The translations under genes and the position numbers were made by a program. A DNA stretch of 7,588 nt from Candidatus Thorarchaeota archaeon (GTDB taxonomy: Archaea > Asgardarchaeota > Heimdallarchaeia > Hodarchaeales > Hodarchaeaceae): assembly GCA_048882505.1 (NCBI GenBank), contig JBHLRO010000053.1, positions 1 to 7,588 of the forward strand, read 5' to 3'. Shown here one piece after another: positions 1 through 5,889 of the stretch; the first letter of the stretch is position 1; the number at the start of each line of letters is the position of its first letter. The notes under the pieces were generated by a model. It was not told the DNA's origin. It searched no databases and was given only the letters and a program-made list of their open reading frames with translations.

Positions 1-207
1 GGTCAGGAGTACGTCTCCGTCGACCACGGCTACCCCGAGCCGGTCAACAACGAAAGGAGGTTCTGCCACTGGGCCTTCGCCGACATACAGAAGTACCTCG
101 TCTTCTTGGACTTCGAGAACGAACTCTATGGCCAAGGGAAACCAGGCTATGCCGCCTGCACGGACGGGACGGCGACGGTGGTGTTCAGGCTCGAGAGGGT
201 CGAGTAG
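1..207 (+). CDS. TIGR04076-like small Cys-containing protein, 3' part (5' end outside window)
   Basis: Hand translation of frame 1 is open from base 1 to TAG at 205-207: GQEYVSVDHGYPEPVNNERRFCHWAFADIQKYL...GYAACTDGTATVVFRLERVE*. It has the FCxWAxxDI and C-T-D-G...VFRLER motifs shared with the next ORF. Confidence 0.8.
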   Translation, partial: GQEYVSVDHGYPEPVNNERRFCHWAFADIQKYLVFLDFENELYGQGKPGYAACTDGTATVVFRLERVE

Positions 208-216
208 GCGGTCGCC

Positions 217-528
217 ATGAACAAGGTGAGGATCACCGTCTTGAAGTGCTTCACGAAGGAGGAGATCTTCGGGGACGACATCCCCGAGGATCTTGTCGAC
301 TCGGTCACTCCCTGCGAGGCGCTCTCCCCCGGCCAGGAATTCGTCATGGAGAGCATGGTCTGCCCCCCGGGCTTCTGCAACTGGGCCTTCGGAGACATCT
401 ACAGGGACATCGCCCAGCTCATGATGGGAGGGGACTTCCCCTTCATAGGGAGGCCGGGGGTGATGTTCTCCTCGTGTACGGACGGGAAGAGGCCGGTAAT
501 ATTCCGGCTGGAGAGGATCGATGAATAA
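217..528 (+). CDS. TIGR04076-like protein (103 aa)
   Basis: MNKVRITVLK...PCEALSPGQEF...CPPGFCNWAFGDIY...SCTDGKRPVIFRLERIDE matches the family pattern as I recall it (KITVL / CP..G..F / GFC..AW..I / C.DG.RPV.F.LE). High GC like the upstream paralog, which ends 9 nt before its ATG. Confidence 0.85.
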   Translation: MNKVRITVLKCFTKEEIFGDDIPEDLVDSVTPCEALSPGQEFVMESMVCPPGFCNWAFGDIYRDIAQLMMGGDFPFIGRPGVMFSSCTDGKRPVIFRLERIDE

Positions 529-913
529 TAAAAGACTAGAGTGTAGAAGATTGAATGATATCAGCACATACCAATTCCGGTTTACTCTCCGCATGACGGC
601 GCTATATTTCGTATTAACGTTTGCAATAATTTGGGCAATATTGATTCCAGCGCTATCGTCGGTGCCCCTCGTTCTCTACGAGATAGGACTGCTCGGTATA
701 GAGAGTCTAGCACCTTTTTTCGTTCTGGCAGCCTTTGGACCATTCATAGCATCAGTCGTTGTGATGGGAATAAGCGGAGGGCGATCTGGACTTATTCAAT
801 GATTACGCCAAGTCTTCAAAATACGTATGCCGATCGTTCTGTATCTGGCTGGCGCGTTCTTCCTTCCTATTGGCATTGGGGCATTACACTACAATCTATA
901 CTGGGTCCTAGGA
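521..913 (+). pseudogene. CPBP (CAAX/Abi-type) intramembrane protease 'A', N-terminal fragment with internal TGA at 800-802
   Basis: YFVLTFAIIW...AAFGPFIASVVV..GGRSGLIQ*LRQVFKIRMPIVLYLAGAFFLP...LYWVLG is a typical CPBP N-terminus, and the frame continues through the TGA. The start could be 521 or 593. Confidence 0.7.
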
Positions 914-946
914 GAAGGATCAGACATACCAACAGTTGTCGCGCGC

Positions 947-952
947 GAGGTG
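947..952 (+). promoter_or_regulatory. Shine-Dalgarno-like GAGGTG for the ATG at 959
   Basis: GAGGTG lies 6 nt upstream of ATG 959 and overlaps the last G of the CGCGCGCG tract (940-947). Confidence 0.65.
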
Positions 953-958
953 TATGCG

Positions 959-1975
959 ATGGACAAGATTAGGAATTTGGTTGCCAGAAATCAGCTAAAA
1001 ACGTTCTTTCTTCTCACCTATGTAATTACGTGGGGTTTGTGGATTCCTTTTACACGATCGTATCTCCAAGGCGGTTTTTTTGCCGGGATTTTCATTGGAT
1101 GGGGGTTATTTGGTCCCGCACTAGCAGGGATCTTTATTACGTGGGTCATAAATCCCGAGCGGAATGATAAAAGTCGAAAGAAACCGCTTTTGGTTTTTTG
1201 CATGGGGTTGGTTCTCTCGGTCTTGGTCTTTATCCTGAACACTCGGAAGTTGGTGGACTTATCTTGGACCACCGAAATCATGATCGGTGTGATCTTCATG
1301 GGATTAATGGTGGCAATTCCACCGGCCTTTGTTATCTCATCTGCTTTTACTGTCAATCAGAAAGTGAGAATATACTTACATTCTCTAATCAAACCACGCG
1401 GCTCGTTGGTTTATTACCTTATCGCGTTGTTTGTGCCACCATTCCTATTCTGGGGTGGATCCCTCATCTCAGATGTGCTTGGCCAAACCGCATATTCGAA
1501 TCCTTCACCACTGATTGGATGGAATGCTGTTCATGTCCTATCGATAGCCTTCATTTACCACTTCTTTTTTGCTAATTCTTTAGGAGAAGAAGTTGGCTGG
1601 CGTGGTTTTGCGCTTCCGAGATTACAGGCTCGATACAGTCCGCTTGTTGCGAGCTTGATCATTGCGTTGATGTGGTTTGCATGGCACTTGCCTTTGAAGT
1701 GGATGACCCCGGATACATTACCACATCTTTTTTATGCCCTTAACTTTATCCCGCAAAGCATTTTCCTTACCTGGATTTACAATCGAACCCATGGCAGCAT
1801 CCTGGCCGTTGGAATCGCTCATGTATCAAATAACATAGGTGGAGAAATTCTTTTCCCGATTACCAATTCTTGGTTGATCGTGACCTTTGTTGCAGCGATT
1901 GTACTGATCCTCATCGATCACATGTGGGATAAAGAATACCATGGTCAATTCCTCGAGTCACCTCAGTGCCACTGA
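959..1975 (+). CDS. CPBP family intramembrane glutamic endopeptidase 'B' (338 aa)
   Basis: All catalytic motifs are present: EEVGWRGFALPRLQ, WFAWHLP, AHVSNN. The N-terminus MDKIRNLVARNQLKTFFLLTYVITWGLWIP parallels paralog C. Its own RBS favours a start at 959 over the ORF-track start at 827. Confidence 0.9.
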   Translation: MDKIRNLVARNQLKTFFLLTYVITWGLWIPFTRSYLQGGFFAGIFIGWGLFGPALAGIFITWVINPERNDKSRKKPLLVFCMGLVLSVLVFILNTRKLVDLSWTTEIMIGVIFMGLMVAIPPAFVISSAFTVNQKVRIYLHSLIKPRGSLVYYLIALFVPPFLFWGGSLISDVLGQTAYSNPSPLIGWNAVHVLSIAFIYHFFFANSLGEEVGWRGFALPRLQARYSPLVASLIIALMWFAWHLPLKWMTPDTLPHLFYALNFIPQSIFLTWIYNRTHGSILAVGIAHVSNNIGGEILFPITNSWLIVTFVAAIVLILIDHMWDKEYHGQFLESPQCH

Positions 1976-2305
1976 GAATCTGTACGCGCACGGCATCTAC
2001 CGCTCATGAACTATAACAATACAACTTTTGGATGGTATCTTTTCAATTTGATTCCTCTTACGTTCGTTCTCAATTGGCTGTACCTCAAGTCGCATCAGAG
2101 TGTCATCCCAGTCATGCTACTACATTCAGGTATAAACGTGATTTCCAGTTTTATTCCTATACCGGGAGATGTGCTTCAGGGACTCGGAACTTACATGTTC
2201 CTTAGAGGAATCGTTTACTGGGGTATGGCCATCGTTCTTTTAATCACGACAATGGGCAGACTGGGCTATGATACAACGGATTGCTCGAATGCTAGGTTAC
2301 CTTAA
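1976..2305 (+). pseudogene. CPBP protease 'A', C-terminal fragment
   Basis: In frame after gene B's stop: ESVRA-RHLPL-MNYNNTTFGWYLFNLIPLTFVLNWLYLKSHQSVIPVMLLHSGIN... RHLPL corresponds to WHLPL (CGG vs TGG) and the HxxxN motif is present. The EExxWR motif is absent. Confidence 0.75.
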
Positions 2306-2321
2306 AACTGATTTTGGGTTT

Positions 2322-2337
2322 GGGCCATAATTTTATC
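2322..2337 (+). repeat. Intergenic bulged-hairpin motif, copy 1 (GGGCCATAATTTTATC)
   Basis: Exact 16-mer also at 4239 and 5196, and with one mismatch at 5890. Lies between convergent CPBP stop codons. Confidence 0.9.
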
Positions 2338-2399
2338 CCCCACACACACATTGGCCTCTGGCGCTGAGGCTGCGGGTGTTATTGGGGCTGCCAATGAAT

Positions 2400-3413
2400 C
2401 TATGGTTGGTGATGTTGGTGAGCATGCGCAGGGTTTCCAGAGGACAATTTATTCCACATTTTATCAATAAGGACCAGGAATATCATTGAGGCTGGAACTA
2501 GTAAAATCGCACCTAATGTCCCTGGGAGAAAACGACCAGTTGTGTTCATTGAGGCATGAAACAAAGCCGCCACTAAAATGCTTCCCTTAGTACGATTGTA
2601 GAACCAAGTAATTATGACGGTTACAAACAGGATGAGCACCCATTCAACTAAAGTGTCCTCAAGAGTCTTTGCTTCTATTCCCCCGAATCTCGCTGGAGCA
2701 TGCCAGACAGCCCAGAGTACCCCCAGGATAATGCTAGAGGTGAGAGGGCTGAATTGGCCTTGTAGACGGGGTAAGGCAAAACCACGCCAACCGGGTTCCT
2801 CGGAGAGTCCACCGTGGATAGCGTTCATTAAGAATATGAGTAATATCATTCCCACTGACCTTACATCCACAATTGCATATTCAGGATTCGGGATGCTCAT
2901 TCCTAAGCCGCGACTCATAAACATGCCAAGGAGCCATATAACGGGAATAAAAACGAGTGTAAGGAGATAGTAACCTAGATTCTCTCTCGTGGCAATATAT
3001 GTGGCGAGATGAACTCGGACGCCGGGTATACGTGAATAGATGGATGATACGACATAAGCCGGTAATAGCGCATTTATTGCACTGATGACTAATAACATGA
3101 GGCTATAGGCAGTTTGGTCTATCGCAAGTTGACCGATGAGTATTATAATGAACGCTATTATCCATGTGCTGATGAAGCTGATTGCTATTTTTTTACGGTT
3201 GCCCTGTTTTGGACTTGGATTGAGGATGGCGGACAACCCAATGCTAACGAGTGCGGGTCCGAAGACTCCTAGACTGATTAAAGGTATCAGGATATAGTAA
3301 CCGTCGAGTACGAGTGGTTGAAGAGGTATCCATAGTCCCCATGAGAACGCATATGTGAATACAAAGTATGCCATAATTTGATGTCGTTTAATATAATCAG
3401 TTAAATTGGTCAA
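2400..3413 (-). CDS. CPBP family intramembrane glutamic endopeptidase 'C' (337 aa, TTG start)
   Basis: Motifs SEEPGWRGFALPRLQ, WAVWHAP and FHASMN; multiple TM segments; RBS upstream. Confidence 0.92.
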   Translation of the reverse strand: MTNLTDYIKRHQIMAYFVFTYAFSWGLWIPLQPLVLDGYYILIPLISLGVFGPALVSIGLSAILNPSPKQGNRKKIAISFISTWIIAFIIILIGQLAIDQTAYSLMLLVISAINALLPAYVVSSIYSRIPGVRVHLATYIATRENLGYYLLTLVFIPVIWLLGMFMSRGLGMSIPNPEYAIVDVRSVGMILLIFLMNAIHGGLSEEPGWRGFALPRLQGQFSPLTSSIILGVLWAVWHAPARFGGIEAKTLEDTLVEWVLILFVTVIITWFYNRTKGSILVAALFHASMNTTGRFLPGTLGAILLVPASMIFLVLIDKMWNKLSSGNPAHAHQHHQP

Positions 3414-3419
3414 AGTAGT

Positions 3420-3426
3420 TCACCTT
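3420..3426 (-). promoter_or_regulatory. Shine-Dalgarno AAGGTGA for the TTG at 3413
   Basis: The minus strand reads ggaaAAGGTGAactactTTG, a 6-nt spacing. GGTGA is the typical archaeal SD core. Confidence 0.7.
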
Positions 3427-3531
3427 TTCCAAAGTTCCTGGTGCGAGTCAATTTTACATCTCTCCTTGTCTTCCTGCACCACATAATGGAGCTAATCACA
3501 GATTAAGACTTACGAGAAAAAGATAGAGGAT

Positions 3532-3580
3532 GGTTTGGTTCGGTTTGGTTTGAGGTTAAATTTAACCCCCAAACCCAAAC
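3532..3580. repeat. Imperfect inverted repeat with a perfect palindromic core GGTTAAATTTAACC (3554-3567)
   Basis: GGTTTGGTTCGGTTTGGTTTGA-GGTTAAATTTAACC-CCCAAACCCAAAC. The right arm is the reverse complement of the left flank of motif copy 4. Confidence 0.8.
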
Positions 3581-3832
3581 TTCTTATGCATCTACCTTTC
3601 AATTCTGTAAAATTCAGGAGCGCATGCGAAAGCCCTATTCTTTTTTCCAAAGCCTTAAAGATAGAAAAACCATTAAAAACCATGATCGATCGAAATTAAA
3701 TTATTATACATCTAAGCATTATTATTTTAATTAGATAATTCTCATGGAATTTCGAAGTGATTTTTCATAGTCTACAATACGTTCACTACTCTTTTTAAAA
3801 GCTGCCTAAAAGTTTTTCTCGCGCGAGTCAAC

Positions 3833-4051
3833 CTATATTTTGATAAGTACTATGCAAGAGATGATGGATAAGGCATTGATGAGGAATAAAGTTAGAATGA
3901 GGGTGATTACTTGTTCGATTTTTAGGAAGTCTTCGTTACAGGCCAGGCTGGAAAAATAACCAGCGTCGGTACGCCTCTGCAATACCTTCCTCTCCCGTCC
4001 AGTTAAACCCCGAGAATGAATTTGTATAATTTTTATTGATTCCAAATACAT
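3833..4051 (-). pseudogene. Possible degraded small membrane-protein gene
   Basis: 72-codon ORF with a hydrophobic C-terminus (VITLILTLFLINALSIISCIVLIKI). An adjacent frame reads YVFGINKNYTNSFSGFNWTGEEGIAEAYRRWLFFQPGL*, suggesting a frameshift. No family recognised. Confidence 0.3.
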
Positions 4052-4119
4052 ATTACTGATACAAAATTATGGGTTTAAGCCTTCTCGATAAAGACAAACC
4101 TCCCACGGATCGCGCGAGT

Positions 4120-4238
4120 ATACCTTTACCAACCTCTGAAAGATGTGTGGGTGTATAGAGTGTGTATGTATGTAGGTAGGGGAGGGAAGGGAGAGGAGAG
4201 AGGGTGTGGCGGGGGTCGGTGAGGGAAGTGTGTGTGTG
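4120..4238 (+). repeat. Low-complexity G/T/A-rich tract (GT runs, pure-purine run 4178-4204)
   Basis: Contains gtgtgtatgtatgtaggtaggggagggaagggagaggagagagggtgtggcggggg...gtgtgtgtgtg and lies directly left of motif copy 2. Confidence 0.8.
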
Positions 4239-4254
4239 GGGCCATAATTTTATC
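4239..4254 (+). repeat. Intergenic bulged-hairpin motif, copy 2
   Basis: Exact GGGCCATAATTTTATC, about 105 nt past the nucleotidyltransferase stop. Confidence 0.9.
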
Positions 4255-4359
4255 TCCCTCATACATGCTTTTCAACTTAAAGAAATAGTTACTTGGGGTA
4301 ACCGCTACTCCATTTGATCACTTGTTTATATTATTTGAATCAGATACGGTGAGAAAATG

Positions 4360-4917
4360 TTAGAGAAATCTCTTTAATATTGAAAATATGCGTGCGTTAG
4401 TGAAATAGAAGGAGTTGAAGAAGGAGCGTTTGATCTTTCCACCCGAGTGGCGTTTTTCTAGCTCGTTCCACACGTCGATGATGGTTGTCTTTTCGTGTCC
4501 AAACTGGATTTTCTCTTCTTTTAATCGCCTGTAGTGTTGGTTCCATTCTTCCTCTATCTCAGGGTTCTCAGCGAAGTAGTCGTTGATCCTTCCGAGTAAG
4601 GGTTCGATCGTGTTCTCACGATCGAAGAGGAGCTTTGCCTTCCCCAGGGGGTGCAGCAGGTATGGGACCGTGTCCACGCTTTGGGTGAGGACCTGATGAG
4701 TGAAAAATAGGTTTCCCACCTTTATGCCGTCGATCACCATGTTTTCTATCCCTGAGGATGGCTTTTGTTCAAGCAAGACTGTCATTACGTCGATGTCCGA
4801 TTTTTCGTGGTGTGTTCCGGAGGCCACGGATCCGAAGACGAGGAAGCCGAGGGTGTTCAGATCGCCTTTCGCCTTCACGAGCAGTTGTTCGAGTATCTGG
4901 TCGTGCTTCATTTGCAT
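4360..4917 (-). CDS. Pol-beta superfamily nucleotidyltransferase domain protein (~183-185 aa)
   Basis: FLVFGSVASGTHHEKSDIDV fits the hG[GS]x9-13Dh[DE]h signature, followed by a helical C-terminal extension. The second ATG (4911, MKHDQ) fits the upstream GAAAGGT RBS-like sequence better. Confidence 0.88.
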   Translation of the reverse strand: MQMKHDQILEQLLVKAKGDLNTLGFLVFGSVASGTHHEKSDIDVMTVLLEQKPSSGIENMVIDGIKVGNLFFTHQVLTQSVDTVPYLLHPLGKAKLLFDRENTIEPLLGRINDYFAENPEIEEEWNQHYRRLKEEKIQFGHEKTTIIDVWNELEKRHSGGKIKRSFFNSFYFTNARIFSILKRFL

Positions 4918-4953
4918 ACCTTTCCATAAACTTGTTACGGTAAATGTTGTGTG

Positions 4954-4972
4954 TATTTAAACATTCCTTTAG
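4954..4972 (-). promoter_or_regulatory. Putative archaeal BRE/TATA promoter of the nucleotidyltransferase gene
   Basis: The minus strand reads ctAAAGGAATG-TTTAAATA, a purine-rich BRE-like block then a TATA-like box at 4961-4954, about 40 nt upstream of the start codon. Confidence 0.5.
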
Positions 4973-5033
4973 GTTTCGCGCTCACGATTCGCGCGTGGGA
5001 CATCACACCTGGTTGGGTGATTTCCGGGACTAC

Positions 5034-5171
5034 AGAGACATTTATGGGATCGTAGCCCAAATGAAGATGGGTGAGGGTTCCCCCTTTGTCGGGAGACTAG
5101 GGGAGATGTTCTCCTCCTGCATGGACGGGAAGAGGCCGGTGATATTCCAGTTGGAGAGGCTCGACGAATAA
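5034..5171 (+). pseudogene. 5'-truncated TIGR04076-like paralog of 217..528
   Basis: Ungapped hand alignment to 391-528 gives 106/138 nt and 30/45 aa identical, ending in the same DE-TAA. The N-terminal half and the FCxWA motif are missing. Confidence 0.85.
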
Positions 5172-5195
5172 AAAAAATTACGACATACGCAGTTG

Positions 5196-5211
5196 GGGCC
5201 ATAATTTTATC
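5196..5211 (+). repeat. Intergenic bulged-hairpin motif, copy 3
   Basis: Exact GGGCCATAATTTTATC, 24 nt after the pseudogene stop, followed by a C/A-rich tract. Confidence 0.9.
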
Positions 5212-5275
5212 CACACACCCGCCGCACCGCACACACCCTCTATCACACCCCCTAGACCTCACACCTTTACGAAAA
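5212..5275 (+). repeat. Low-complexity C/A-rich tract
   Basis: cacacacccgccgcaccgcacacaccctctatcacaccccctagacctcacacc lies directly right of motif copy 3. Confidence 0.75.
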
Positions 5276-5354
5276 GAAAATTTACCGTAATCGTTTTCGA
5301 GCTAAGCGCGCGATGGGTAGGAATAAATATTCCCGTTTAAGGTTCTGAAACAAG

Positions 5355-5807
5355 GTGACTGTTTCACGGAACTACACGGAATACATTGGACATAGAGCCC
5401 GTCTGATCAATGTTTTAGCACTCCTATGTGGTTTCACCTTTACTTCAACGATCATTCTCGTCACGAACCTCCCAGAACCTATCCCTCTTTCATCTCAGTT
5501 AATTCTTCTCTTCTCTGCTGTTCTACTGGATCTATTTGTACTACTACTTTTAGTCAACATGCTAAACATCTTTTTTTATATAGAAGATATTCCAGAACCC
5601 ACTAGAACAACAAATTTCATCAGTGCTATGTCGGTTGTGACAATCGGTTTCTGGGGCTTTTTACTGCCATGTATATTTCTGATATTTGGGTTTGAATTTT
5701 TAGCCTTATCTTCAGGTATAATTTGGGCGTTTATTTTAGTACTTGGGATAGCACTCATCTGGAGACCGTTTGAGAGAAGACGAAGACACGTTGAAAAGCC
5801 ACATTAA
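5355..5807 (+). CDS. Hypothetical membrane protein, about 4 TM helices (150 aa, GTG start uncertain)
   Basis: Long ORF in AT-rich DNA with four hydrophobic segments and a basic C-terminal tail (RPFERRRRH), consistent with the positive-inside rule. Confidence 0.75.
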   Translation: MTVSRNYTEYIGHRARLINVLALLCGFTFTSTIILVTNLPEPIPLSSQLILLFSAVLLDLFVLLLLVNMLNIFFYIEDIPEPTRTTNFISAMSVVTIGFWGFLLPCIFLIFGFEFLALSSGIIWAFILVLGIALIWRPFERRRRHVEKPH

Positions 5808-5889
5808 CCGCACGCGCTGGGCATAAGAAGATGCCCTCCGATCCAACTATATCAAGTATCTCGTGCGCGCTAGTGTGTGTTTGGGTTTG

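Noticed and set aside
827-958. ORF-track start of the 382-aa protein at 827
   Set aside because: These codons belong to the gene A remnant and linker. The RBS at 947-952 and similarity to paralog C's N-terminus favour 959.
800-1975. Selenocysteine or alternative genetic code for the in-frame TGAs
   Set aside because: Neither TGA is at a Cys-type catalytic position, I recognised no SECIS, and other genes here end in TGA.
2320-2347. Xer/dif site: (T)GGGCCATAA resembles the XerC arm GGTGCGCATAA
   Set aside because: dif needs a 6-bp spacer between ATAA and TTAT and a conserved second arm. Here the spacer is 2 nt and the right side varies. A distant relationship to tyrosine-recombinase sites is not excluded.
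3370-3379. Partial motif GCCATAATTT, and CCATAATTT at 7450-7458
   Set aside because: Both lie inside coding sequence (the I-M codons on the minus strand) and lack the right arm and skewed flanks.
3665-3691. AAAAACCAT direct repeat with a 10-nt period, followed by the GATCGATC palindrome
   Set aside because: It could be an operator, but it is short, in very AT-rich DNA and not tied to a clear promoter, so chance cannot be excluded.
4053-4262. 69-aa minus-strand ORF, and similarly 4969..5262 (-) and 5831..6046 (+)
   Set aside because: These are translations through the low-complexity flanks and the motif itself; the shared 'WPH/WGH' text reflects the DNA repeat, not a protein family.
4288-4302. 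GTTAC-ttggg-GTAAC mini hairpin
   Set aside because: Only a 5-bp stem and a single occurrence, so expected by chance.
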